A DNA stretch of 64,000 nt, from NCBI GenBank assembly GCA_945897795.1, contig CAMDFT010000002.1, positions 12,277 through 76,276 on the forward strand, given 5' to 3'. This stretch comes from Limnohabitans sp. Rim8 (lineage in GTDB: Bacteria > Pseudomonadota > Gammaproteobacteria > Burkholderiales > Burkholderiaceae_C). The notes beneath the pieces are model-generated. The model did not search any database and had not been told where the DNA came from. It was given only the letters and a program-made list of their open reading frames with translations. The position numbers were made by a program, and so were the translations under genes. Positions 43,748-52,965 of the stretch are shown here, one piece after another (position 1 is the first letter of the stretch; each line of letters opens with the position of its first letter).

Positions 43748-43763
43748 CTGTATGAAAAAACCG
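43748..43763. promoter_or_regulatory. LexA (SOS) box-like sequence CTGTATGAAAAAACCG
   Basis: CTGT-N8-ACCG, one mismatch to CTGT-N8-ACAG, preceded by TA; immediately upstream of the transposase remnant. Confidence 0.5.
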
Positions 43764-43780
43764 TTTTATCAGGCGCCCAG

Positions 43781-43972
43781 CCCACGCTGATTTACCCAAC
43801 TATTGCCGAGCACTTCAAGACCTGGTTTGAGCTGGCCAGCGTGAGCCAGTTCGACGGCCAAGGCGATCCCCAAACGCCCAAGCCGGCCAGTGGGATCGAT
43901 GAGACCGTTGTGGCCCAGGCACAGACAGATTGGCGCCGTCGCATCCTGCGCGCCTTCGTGGGCCGGGACTTG
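43781..43972 (+). mobile_element. IS91-family transposase remnant, N-terminal and mid fragments fused
   Basis: TLIYPTIAEHFKTWFELASVSQFDGQGD and PASGIDETVVAQAQTDWRRRILRAFVGR resemble two non-adjacent segments of betaproteobacterial IS91-like transposases (recognised from memory); no Zn-finger, HUH or catalytic Tyr region. Confidence 0.7.
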
Positions 43973-43979
43973 CCTCCGG

Positions 43980-44948
43980 TCAGTCGAGCTTGACGGCTGC
44001 TTCGCGGATGACCCGACCCCAACGTTCATAGTCGGAGCGCACCTTGGTCGTGAAGTCGGCGGGCGTCATGCCCCCGTAATCCAGTCCACTCTCGAAAATG
44101 AACTTGCGGAACTCAGGCGTATTGACAATACGTGCGATTTCCTTGTGCAGTGTCGCCACGATCTCCGGCTTCATGCCGCCCGGCCCGAAAAAGGCGATCC
44201 AGCCGTCGATGCCGAAATCGAGCCCGGCCTCTTGGAAGGTCTGCAGGTCCGGCAGCGACGGGATACGTTTTTCCGTGGCAGCCGCGATCAATTTCGTACG
44301 CCCGCTCTTGGCGCTGGCGCTGGCGGTGGTGGGGCCGTCGAAGAACATGTCGATGCGCCCGGCATACAGGTCCTGGTTGGCCTGCGCCGGACCCGGGTAG
44401 GGGATGTGGGTGACGTCGATGCCGGCGACCCGCTTAAGGAACTCGATGTTCAGATGTCCCGTTGTGCCGATGCCGTACGACGCGACATTGAGTTTGCCCG
44501 GGTTACGTTTGGCGTAGTCGACCATCTCGCGCACCGAGGAAAACGGCGCATCCTGACGCGCCACAAGCACGGTGCCGCCCAATGAGCCCGGCGTGATGGG
44601 CGTGAAGTCCTTAAAAAGGTCGTAGGGCGGTGTCGCATACAGGTGTGGCATCTGCGTCATCGCTGCGACGGTGTAGAGCAGTGTGGAGCCATCAGGCGCC
44701 GCCTTCGCCACTTCACGCGTGCCCACCAGCGTGCCGGCGCCCGGTTTGTTGTCGACGATGACCGGCACGCCCAGTGCGTCGGCCAATGCGACTGCGATGC
44801 GCCGCGCCTGCAGGTCGGTGCCGCCACCGGGCGTGAACGGAACAACGATGCGGATGGGCTTGCTTGGTTTCCACTGGGCGTTGACCGGCGCGCTACACGC
44901 CAGGGCCAGGGCCAGCGCGGTGAATAAGCTCTTCAATAACGAGGGCAT
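43980..44948 (-). CDS. Bug/TctC tripartite tricarboxylate transporter substrate-binding protein
   Basis: Signal peptide, KPIRIVVPFTPGGGTD, VDNKPGAG, APDGSTL, HIPYPG; start at MPSLLK. Confidence 0.92.
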   Translation of the reverse strand: MPSLLKSLFTALALALACSAPVNAQWKPSKPIRIVVPFTPGGGTDLQARRIAVALADALGVPVIVDNKPGAGTLVGTREVAKAAPDGSTLLYTVAAMTQMPHLYATPPYDLFKDFTPITPGSLGGTVLVARQDAPFSSVREMVDYAKRNPGKLNVASYGIGTTGHLNIEFLKRVAGIDVTHIPYPGPAQANQDLYAGRIDMFFDGPTTASASAKSGRTKLIAAATEKRIPSLPDLQTFQEAGLDFGIDGWIAFFGPGGMKPEIVATLHKEIARIVNTPEFRKFIFESGLDYGGMTPADFTTKVRSDYERWGRVIREAAVKLD

Positions 44949-45091
44949 GGACGGATCCTTGGTTGGCATCGCGCGACCAACGGGCCGCGAAACGAGCTGG
45001 CAAAATACGGCGTTCGCGCAGATCGTTATTGACCATGCGTGCCAAAGAATTGCCGGATTGCGCCATGGGCCGCAGACTGTCAGCGCACTTG

Positions 45092-45160
45092 GCGCGCGGT
45101 CCACCGCTGTGGGCGGAATGTGGTGATGTGCAGATGGGGGACGGGGCGCAAATCGAGCCA
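45092..45160 (+). mobile_element. IS91-family transposase C-terminal remnant
   Basis: Reads ARGPPLWAECGDVQMGDGAQIEP; ARGPP-LW is the conserved tail of IS91-like transposases (recognised from memory). Confidence 0.65.
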
Positions 45161-45401
45161 GCAGACGGGCATCTGGCGAACAGCGCATTTTGGCGGTGGA
45201 TCGGCCAGGCAAGGCCTTCATGTGGGCGCAGCAAGGGTTTCGACATGGGCCAAAGAATTCGCGACCAGTGGTACCGGATGCGCGACGAGAAGCTCTAGGC
45301 GATGCGTTTTGCCTGTTTGGGGGGGTAGAACCTGATTTTCAGACAGAAGAGGTCGGTAGTCCCCATCATTGCCCATTAGTTTGCTAAGTAAAAAATAGCA
45401 T

Positions 45402-47411
45402 TCAGTTCGAGTTGTTCAGTGGCGCGCCTGACCATCCTTCGGCCCAACCAGACAACTGACGCAAGAAAACGCAGGGGTCGCCATCGGTGGTGCAACACGT
45501 TGCGGCTATCGGCCGATAGCGGTTGGCAGACGTTGGCGCTGTCAAGTCAATGCCTGTCAAATCGATGCCAGCCAAGTCCATGCGCGTTGCCGGAAGCAAG
45601 CGCGTTCGACTGGGCGATGCGACTGCTGCAGGTCCGTCGATATGCTGCGTTGCGAGAGAACTCGCCAAAGGCGTGGGCAACAGATGCAGTTCACCTTCAA
45701 ACACCGTGCCGGCCACGCGCACGTCTTTGAGCCCTTTTGCGCCCAGCGCATGCGGGTCATCCAGCAAAACGGTGAAGTCGGCTTTTTTGCCCGCCACGAT
45801 GGAGCCAATCTCATGGTCGAGATTCAGCCCGAAGGCGGCATCGATAGTGATGCCGCGCAGTGCCTGCTCCAGACTCAGGCACTCCTGGGGCGACACGGTT
45901 CGCCCTGATTGGGTGGTGCGTGTGGCTGCGCACCAGGCCAGCAGCAGCGGCTCCATCGGGGCCATCATGAAGTCAGAATGAAACGAAACCCGCATGCCAT
46001 GTCTGACCATGGAGCCGGCCCGCACAATCTGGTCAGCCCGTTCCTGGCCCAATCCCAGCTTGGCGTAACCGTCTGCCAGGGCGTGGATGTAGTAAGCGTT
46101 GACCGACGCGTGTGCCCCCAGCGCTGCCATGCGCCGCGACTGCGCATTGGTGTGAAAGCCCACGTGGTGCATCATGAAGCGCGCATCGAACCGCGGCTTG
46201 CGATCCTGCGCGGCAGACAGTGCCGTCAACACGGAATCCATGCCTGCATCGCCATTCACGTGCACATGAATTTGGTAGCCGGCATCCCAAAAAACTTCCA
46301 CGCCCTTGGCCAAAACTTCAGGCGACATCAGCCATTCCCCGTGATGCCCGTCGATGTAACCTGGCGGGTTCATCATCATCAATTGGGAAAACATGGCGCC
46401 GTCGGCGAACAGCTTCACGGCCTTTGAAAACTTGACGCGTCGGCTCTCACGCTTGCGCAGTGCTTCAATCGCGACCAGCCCTTGGGCAAACGGTGGGCAC
46501 TCGGTCGGCAAGCCCATCACCTGCTTGCCAATAGCCCGGTTGGACGCGCTGCGGGCATCAGCAATGTTGATGATGCGCAGGGGGCGTTCTGGCTTTTCAA
46601 TGCAGGCCTCCAGCGCGGCAAACTCGTATTCGGCCCCCATGGCACCAAATAGCATGTCGCCAGCCGTGGTGATGCCGCCCTGATGCATCAGTTCTGCCGT
46701 CACGTTCAAGCCCCGGTGGTACCACTCTGGGCGCAACAGATAGGGCATCAAACGGCCCATCACCAACTTGTTGCCAGTCTCGAAAAAGTGACCCTTCGCC
46801 AGGTTGATCTGCGGGTGGTTCCCGACCAGTTCCTGGGTTATGCCCAGCTTGTCAAGGGCGGCAGTGTTCAGGTAGGTTTCATGAAACGACCGCTGCCACA
46901 AAATCACAGGACGATCCGGGCACAGCAGGTCGAGCTCGGTGCGGGTCCAACGCCCATGTTCTGACGGCTGGTAGCCAAAGCTGATGAACCAGTCGGCCTT
47001 GTCGGTGCGGGCAGCCAGGCGTTCTTTGAGCAGTTCTAGGTAGCGCTCGGGCGTGTTGGCGGCCGGGGCCATTCGCCCGCCTTCCATGCGCCATGCCTCG
47101 GGCGCAATGATTTCCATGGGGGTGAGCAGGGCACCCAAAAACGGGTGAACATGGTTGTCGATAAAGCCCGGCATCAGCACCATGTCCTTCAGGCGCTCGT
47201 CCACCACCACCTCGCGGCCTGCGCGCCACGGCGCCATGGATGCCAAATCGCCCACGGCAACGATTCGGTCGTCAATCACGCCGACTGCCGTGGCGGTTGG
47301 CAGAGACTCGTCCATCGTCAAGATTTGTCGGGCAATGAATATGCGCAAAACGCCAGGGCGGGTGGCCGCATCAGAGCTCATCTCGATCGCGGAGTTTGAG
47401 GCAGATGTCAT
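45402..47411 (-). CDS. Amidohydrolase_3 (YtcJ/NfdA-like) metallo-hydrolase with C-terminal extension
   Basis: VLMPGFIDNHVH, KLFADG, HVHVNGD, SFHSDF, GSIVAGKKADF; GAGGA RBS before ATG 47411. Confidence 0.9.
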   Translation of the reverse strand: MTSASNSAIEMSSDAATRPGVLRIFIARQILTMDESLPTATAVGVIDDRIVAVGDLASMAPWRAGREVVVDERLKDMVLMPGFIDNHVHPFLGALLTPMEIIAPEAWRMEGGRMAPAANTPERYLELLKERLAARTDKADWFISFGYQPSEHGRWTRTELDLLCPDRPVILWQRSFHETYLNTAALDKLGITQELVGNHPQINLAKGHFFETGNKLVMGRLMPYLLRPEWYHRGLNVTAELMHQGGITTAGDMLFGAMGAEYEFAALEACIEKPERPLRIINIADARSASNRAIGKQVMGLPTECPPFAQGLVAIEALRKRESRRVKFSKAVKLFADGAMFSQLMMMNPPGYIDGHHGEWLMSPEVLAKGVEVFWDAGYQIHVHVNGDAGMDSVLTALSAAQDRKPRFDARFMMHHVGFHTNAQSRRMAALGAHASVNAYYIHALADGYAKLGLGQERADQIVRAGSMVRHGMRVSFHSDFMMAPMEPLLLAWCAATRTTQSGRTVSPQECLSLEQALRGITIDAAFGLNLDHEIGSIVAGKKADFTVLLDDPHALGAKGLKDVRVAGTVFEGELHLLPTPLASSLATQHIDGPAAVASPSRTRLLPATRMDLAGIDLTGIDLTAPTSANRYRPIAATCCTTDGDPCVFLRQLSGWAEGWSGAPLNNSN

Positions 47412-47422
47412 GGGGCGATTCC

Positions 47423-49891
47423 TCAAGATTTGGTGCGTTCATGGGTGGGGTCGTACCACGGGCCGAGCTGGGCCAGAGCGCTTACGCGGCGCTCTGCCAC
47501 ACCAATTTCAAATTGTGTAGCGCGAAGAACTTCAGCCGTGATGGGCACCTCCAGCGTCACGTAGCCCATGCCCAATGAGGCTTGAACCCGGTGGCCGTAC
47601 ATGCCAGAGGTCACCACGCCTACAGCCACGCCGTTGGCAAAAATTGGCTCCTCGTGGACCAGCAATTCGGCGGGGTCAGCCATCTTGAATTGCACCAGGC
47701 GTTTTTTGGGTGGGCCTTGTAATTTTTGTGCCAGAACTGCATCACGGCCGATGAATCCGCCGGGCTTGTCGAGCGCGCAGGTAAAGCTCAGCCCAGCTTG
47801 GGCTGGCGTGTCTTGCATGCCGATGTCGTGCCCCCAATGCCGGTAGCCTTTTTCGGTGCGGCAGGCGTTGATGGCATGAAACCCGGCCAGCTTGAGGCCA
47901 TAGGCATCGCCTGCTTGCAGGATCCGGTCAAACACGTGCAACGCAAATTCGGCGGGAATGTACAACTCCCAACCCAACTCGCCCACATAGGTAATGCGGC
48001 TTGCCCGCACCACGGCATAGCCGATCTCGATCTCGACGGAAGTGCCAAACGCAAAGGCTTGGTTGCTAAGGTCCGCCCCACTCAGCTCGTACAACAGGGC
48101 GCGTGATTTGGGTCCCATCAACCCCAGCATTGGCAGGCCAGAGGTCACATCGGTCACCGTGCAAAAAGCATCGGCGGGGGTGTGTTCAATCAAGTAGGCC
48201 AGATCCCGAATATGCGACGAGACGGACGTCACCACTAAAAAGCGGTCCATCGCCAAACGGGTCACGGTGAGGTCGGCCTCGATGCCGCCGTGCTGGTTCA
48301 GCCATTGCGTGTAAACAATGCGGCCGATGGGCACATCCACATTGGCCGTGCTGATGCGGTTCAACACCTCGCAGGCATCACGGCCCTGCACCATGAATTT
48401 GGCCATGGACGACTGGTCAAACAAGGCCACGCCATCTCGCACCGCCTCGCATTCGGCGGCGGTATTGGCAAACCAGTTGGCGTGGCCAAAACTGTACTCA
48501 TAGCGGGGGGTAGAGCCCGGCGTGTCATACCAGTTGGCGCGCTCCCAGCCGCTGAGCTCACCCATGCAGGCACCTTGCGCGATCAGCCGGTCATGAAAGG
48601 CCGTGCGTCTGGCCCCGCGAGCGGTTTCAAACTGGCGAAACGGCCAATGCATGGCATACAGTAAGCCCAGGCTCTCGGTGGTGCGGTCCTTCAAGTAAGC
48701 CCGAGTTCCTTGGCAGGGGTGCATTCGGCGCACTTCCATGCCGGGGATGTCGATCGGCACGTGTCGGTCCTGAATCCACTGGGCCAGCACCTTGCCCGCC
48801 CCACCCGAACTTTGAATGCCAATCGAATTGAAACCGCAAGCGACAAACAGATCACGCACTTCAGCGGTTTCACCCAGCAAGTAGCGGTCATCAGGCGTGA
48901 AGCTCTCAGGGCCGTTAAACCAGGTGGCAATGCCGGTGGTTTGCAGAACCGGAACGCGTTCCATCGCTTTGCGTAAGACGGGCTCGAAGTGATCAAAGTC
49001 TTGGGGTAGTTCGTCAAAGCAAAAGTCTTTGGGTATGCCATTGAGGCCCCAGGGCTTGGCCACCGGCTCAAACGCGCCCACCAGCAATTTGCCAGCGTCT
49101 TCTTTGTAATAGGCCCATTCGTCAGGCACGCGCAAAACCGGTAAATTTTTGGGCACGGTGGCAATCGCTTCAGTGACGATGTAGAAGTGTTCTGCCGCTT
49201 GCAAGGGCAGCCGGATGCCGTGCGAGCGGGCGATCCAGTGACTCCACATGCCTGCGGCCAGCACGACAGTGCCAGCGCGCAATTCGTGCACTTCGCCGTT
49301 GGTGTTGGCAGAGCGCACCTTGGCACCCACAGCGCGGCCGTTTTCGACCAGAATGTCGGTCACTTCGCTGTCCTCAAAAATGAGTGCGCCACCTTGTTTG
49401 GCGCCTTTGGCATAGGCCATAGTGGTGTCCACCGGGTTGGTCTGGCCGTCATTGGGCGTCCAAAGTCCTCCAACCACCCCCTTGCCCGAGAGCAAAGGAT
49501 ATTTGGCCAGCACATCGCTGGGCGTCAAGAACTCAACCTCGACACCAAAGGCGCGCCCCATTGCCCCGGTGCGCTTGAACTCTTCAAAGCGGGCTTCGTT
49601 TAAGGCAACCGCCACCGAGCCGTTTTGCTTGAACCCGGTCGCCTGCCCGGTTTTGGCCTCCAGTGTTTTAAGCAGTTCCGACGTGTATTTGGCCAACTCG
49701 GTCAGCGTGCGGGTGGCGCGCAACTGCGGCACCAACCCGGCGGCATGCCAGGTCGTGCCGCAGGTAAGCTGTCGGCGTTCCAGCAACACCACATCCTTGA
49801 TGCCAAGCAGGGTCAGGTGATACGCGACTGAGCAACCAATAATGCCGCCGCCAATGATGACGACATCTGTTTTGGCAGGAATGGGTTTCAT
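47423..49891 (-). CDS. GcvT-domain FAD-dependent oxidoreductase (dimethylglycine/sarcosine dehydrogenase-like N-demethylase)
   Basis: IIGGGIIG, GTTWHAAG (covalent FAD His), NGPESFTPD, GWERANW, TYVGELGWEL, RTEKGY; alternative TTG start 49927. Confidence 0.92.
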   Translation of the reverse strand: MKPIPAKTDVVIIGGGIIGCSVAYHLTLLGIKDVVLLERRQLTCGTTWHAAGLVPQLRATRTLTELAKYTSELLKTLEAKTGQATGFKQNGSVAVALNEARFEEFKRTGAMGRAFGVEVEFLTPSDVLAKYPLLSGKGVVGGLWTPNDGQTNPVDTTMAYAKGAKQGGALIFEDSEVTDILVENGRAVGAKVRSANTNGEVHELRAGTVVLAAGMWSHWIARSHGIRLPLQAAEHFYIVTEAIATVPKNLPVLRVPDEWAYYKEDAGKLLVGAFEPVAKPWGLNGIPKDFCFDELPQDFDHFEPVLRKAMERVPVLQTTGIATWFNGPESFTPDDRYLLGETAEVRDLFVACGFNSIGIQSSGGAGKVLAQWIQDRHVPIDIPGMEVRRMHPCQGTRAYLKDRTTESLGLLYAMHWPFRQFETARGARRTAFHDRLIAQGACMGELSGWERANWYDTPGSTPRYEYSFGHANWFANTAAECEAVRDGVALFDQSSMAKFMVQGRDACEVLNRISTANVDVPIGRIVYTQWLNQHGGIEADLTVTRLAMDRFLVVTSVSSHIRDLAYLIEHTPADAFCTVTDVTSGLPMLGLMGPKSRALLYELSGADLSNQAFAFGTSVEIEIGYAVVRASRITYVGELGWELYIPAEFALHVFDRILQAGDAYGLKLAGFHAINACRTEKGYRHWGHDIGMQDTPAQAGLSFTCALDKPGGFIGRDAVLAQKLQGPPKKRLVQFKMADPAELLVHEEPIFANGVAVGVVTSGMYGHRVQASLGMGYVTLEVPITAEVLRATQFEIGVAERRVSALAQLGPWYDPTHERTKS

Positions 49892-49981
49892 GGGCGGCTG
49901 CACTTTCGGTCGTTCAAGTTCATGCAATGTACTGTTGGCCGTTCTTGTCGACTTGATGAAAAGTGACTGCCTATTGATGAA

Positions 49982-50989
49982 TCACGCCTTTACCCGATCG
50001 CGCAGAAGTGGCAGGCCGGGTCGGCTGGCCTGGCGATCGGCACCGGGTGTCTCGTGATATTGCTGTCGATAGGCGCGGCAAAAGTGGGCCAATGATTCAA
50101 ACCCCACCGCCACCGATGTCTCGGTGACGGTAATGGCGGTGTTGCGCAACAAGCTGCGCGCGTGTTCAAGGCGCAGACGGCGGTGGTAGCGGCTGGGCCC
50201 CTCACCCAAAACCTGGGCAAATAGTCGCAACAGCTGGCGTGCCGATAAGTCGGTTGCCGCCGCCAGTTCCGGCACACCTACAGCCCGGTCCAGAGTTGTC
50301 TCCAGCAGCGCCAAAGCGGTCGCCAAAGCAGGGTGATGAACCCGGGTGCGAGTGGTCAACGCCGTGCGCTGTGCGGCGTCGCCCGACCTCGGATGATCGT
50401 GCAGGCAGTGTTCTGCGACGCGATTGGCCAGGTCAGGCCCGTGGTCTATGGCAATGGCGCTGAGCATCATGTCGATGGCTGCCGTGCCACCGGCACAAGT
50501 CAGGCGCAGCGTCCCAATTTCAAAGAGCGTCTGCGTCACCTCAATTTTTGGAAATCGCTCGCGAAACGCATCCACCACTTCCCAATGCATGGTGACGCGG
50601 CAGCCGTCAAGCAGCCCGGCGCGCGCCAGCAAAAAGCAACCGGTGTCCATGGCACCCAAGGTTGTGCCATTGGCGTTAAGGCGGTGCAGCCAGGTTCGAA
50701 GCGCCTGGCTGTAATAACGGTCAGGCTGAATGTCAGCACACAGAATGACTGTGCCCAATGCCTGCTCGTCAGCGATGCTGCCATGGGGCTGAATCAAAAT
50801 GCCGTTGTCATCAGCCACCGCATTGCCATCCAGTGAGAGCAGCCGCCAGGTGTAAGGTGTCTTGAGGTATCGGTTGGCAATGCGAAGCGGCTCAATGGCC
50901 GAGGCCAGTGCCATGACCGCAAACTGGGGAATCAGTACAAAACCGATAGGGCCGGGCAATTGAGCGGTGGCGGGTTCAGAAAGTGACAT
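49982..50989 (-). CDS. GlxA/FtrA family (GATase-like + AraC) regulator
   Basis: SAIEPLRIANR, ARAGLLDG..TMHWE, TCAGGTAAIDM, AraC HTH with GFESLAHF. Confidence 0.92.
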   Translation of the reverse strand: MSLSEPATAQLPGPIGFVLIPQFAVMALASAIEPLRIANRYLKTPYTWRLLSLDGNAVADDNGILIQPHGSIADEQALGTVILCADIQPDRYYSQALRTWLHRLNANGTTLGAMDTGCFLLARAGLLDGCRVTMHWEVVDAFRERFPKIEVTQTLFEIGTLRLTCAGGTAAIDMMLSAIAIDHGPDLANRVAEHCLHDHPRSGDAAQRTALTTRTRVHHPALATALALLETTLDRAVGVPELAAATDLSARQLLRLFAQVLGEGPSRYHRRLRLEHARSLLRNTAITVTETSVAVGFESLAHFCRAYRQQYHETPGADRQASRPGLPLLRDRVKA

Positions 50990-51163
50990 GGTGAATTGTC
51001 GGAGTGTTGTCAAAGCATTGTGATGGTGACGGCGTAAATCGTCAATTTCATGGCACAAATCGCATGAATGCCTTGGTTCGATGCGGCCACAATTCAAATT
51101 CACAAGTTAGCCAACCCAGCCAGTCCATGCTGCCCGTTCAGTCCACCCCAAAGAGGATTTTTT

Positions 51164-52765
51164 ATGCCCCAAGCCCTGACTCAATCGCCAAAGTCTTCAC
51201 GCCTGCGCACGGCCATGCTGGTGGGGCTGGCTTGTTTGGCGGGTGTCCACGCCTTTGCGCAAGACATCAAGCGCGGCGGCACGCTGGTTCTGGGCAGCAC
51301 CCAGGTGGCGCGTCATTTGAATGGGGCAGTTCAATCAGGTGCAGCCACCGCGCTGCCGTCTACCCAGTTGTTTGCCAGCCCGCTGCGTTTTGACGACAAA
51401 TGGAATGCCCAACCCTACCTGGCCGAGAAATGGAGCTTGGCGGCTGATGGCAAGTCGCTCACCCTCAATTTGCGCAAAGGGGCGGTGTTTCATGATGGCA
51501 AGCCAATTACATCAGAGGATGTGGCGTTTTCGATCATGACGATCAAGGCCAACCACCCGTTTTCTTCCATGATGGGCCCGGTTGAAAGAGTGGAAACCCC
51601 AGACCCGCTGACTGCCATCATCCGCATGAACGTGCCACATCCCGCCATTGTGTTGGCGATGTCGCCAGCGTTGTGTCCCATCTTGCCAAAGCACATTTAT
51701 GGCGATGGCCAGGACGTCAAGAACCACCCGCGCAACAGTGTTGATGTGGTGGGTTCAGGGCCATTCAGGTTGGTCGAGTTCAAAGCAGGCCAGCGCACGG
51801 TGCTTGAGCGTTTTGACAAATTCTTTTTGCCTGGCAAACCCTATCTTGACAAGTTGATCTTGAGCATCAACCCCGATGCGGCCAGCCTGATGCTGGGGCT
51901 GGAGCGCGGCGATATTCACATCGTGCCCTTCACCTCTGCCCCGGCCGATTTGAAGCGGCTGGCTGCTCACCCGAAGCTGGTTATTTCGCCCAAGGGCTAT
52001 GAAGGCATTGGTGCCATCAACTGGTTGGCCTTTAACCTGACCCGCAAACCCCTGTCCGATCTGGCGGTGCGCAAGGCCATTGCCACAGCCATTGACAAGA
52101 ACTTCATCAGCAAAGCGCTGCAAGGCGGCTATTCACCCGTGGCAGACAGCCCCATTCACAGTTCCAGCCCGTTTCATGTGACTGACACGGTGCGCTATCC
52201 GTTTGATGTCAAAAAAGCCGCTGCCATGCTGGACGAAGCGGGTTATAAGGCGGGGCCCAATGGCGAGCGTTTCAAATTGACGATTGACTTTTACCCGGGT
52301 CCAGACGATCAGCAAAAAAACCCGGCCGAGTACATCCGCACTGCGCTTAAAAAAGTGGGTATCACGGTTGAAGTGCGCACCTCAGCGGATTTTCCATCGT
52401 GGGCCAAAAAAATGGCCACCCGCGACTTTGACATGTCGATGGATGCCAACTTCAACTGGGGCGATCCCATCATCGGAGTGCACCGCACTTATTTGTCGAC
52501 CAATATCCGCCCTATCGTATGGACCAATACGCAGTCATACAACAACCCCAAGGTGGATGTGTTGCTCAATTCCGCAGGGAGTGTGATGGACCCAACCCAG
52601 CGCAAGGCCTACTACGCGGCGTTTCAAAAGATCGTTACCGATGAATTACCGGTCTACTTTATCGACCAGGTGGGCTATCACACCATCAGCCAAAAAAAGG
52701 TGGGCAACGTGCCGAGCACGATTTGGGGCACAGCCTCACCGTTTGACGAGGTCTATTTAAAATAG
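51164..52765 (+). CDS. Dpp/Opp-type ABC substrate-binding protein (family 5)
   Basis: KRGGTLV, PYLAEKW, LRKGAVFHDGKPITSEDVAFS, GSGPF, VRKAIA.AID. Confidence 0.93.
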   Translation: MPQALTQSPKSSRLRTAMLVGLACLAGVHAFAQDIKRGGTLVLGSTQVARHLNGAVQSGAATALPSTQLFASPLRFDDKWNAQPYLAEKWSLAADGKSLTLNLRKGAVFHDGKPITSEDVAFSIMTIKANHPFSSMMGPVERVETPDPLTAIIRMNVPHPAIVLAMSPALCPILPKHIYGDGQDVKNHPRNSVDVVGSGPFRLVEFKAGQRTVLERFDKFFLPGKPYLDKLILSINPDAASLMLGLERGDIHIVPFTSAPADLKRLAAHPKLVISPKGYEGIGAINWLAFNLTRKPLSDLAVRKAIATAIDKNFISKALQGGYSPVADSPIHSSSPFHVTDTVRYPFDVKKAAAMLDEAGYKAGPNGERFKLTIDFYPGPDDQQKNPAEYIRTALKKVGITVEVRTSADFPSWAKKMATRDFDMSMDANFNWGDPIIGVHRTYLSTNIRPIVWTNTQSYNNPKVDVLLNSAGSVMDPTQRKAYYAAFQKIVTDELPVYFIDQVGYHTISQKKVGNVPSTIWGTASPFDEVYLK

Positions 52766-52840
52766 CGGGCGCTACGCGTCACGTCGCTTGCTGAGCCGGG
52801 CAGGGTGTTTGGGAGGGTGCACCCGCTCAGGGTAAACGTG

Positions 52841-52935
52841 GTGCACTATCACACCGCTGCCAGCAAGCGACTGGCCAACCTGCCCACCACGATTTGGGGC
52901 CCGGCCGCGCCCTGTGCGAGGTCCATTTCAAATAA
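52841..52935 (+). pseudogene. Relic 3' end of a second SBP paralog/allele
   Basis: VHYHTAASKRLANLPTTIWGPAAP..EVHFK* (1-nt deletion) parallels the SBP C-terminus VGYHTISQKKVGNVPSTIWGTASPFDEVYLK* at 52670-52765. Confidence 0.8.
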
Positions 52936-52965
52936 CCTGCACTCACAACCGGAGAAGGTCGCCTG

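Noticed and set aside
40700-49891. DMSP demethylation pathway (DmdB-like ligase plus GcvT protein as DmdA)
   Set aside because: The GcvT protein is an ~820-aa FAD-fused enzyme, not the short DmdA type, and the genes lie in separate units
49892-51163. Glycine or other riboswitch near the gcvT-like gene
   Set aside because: No recognisable aptamer motifs; spacers are short and a protein regulator is present
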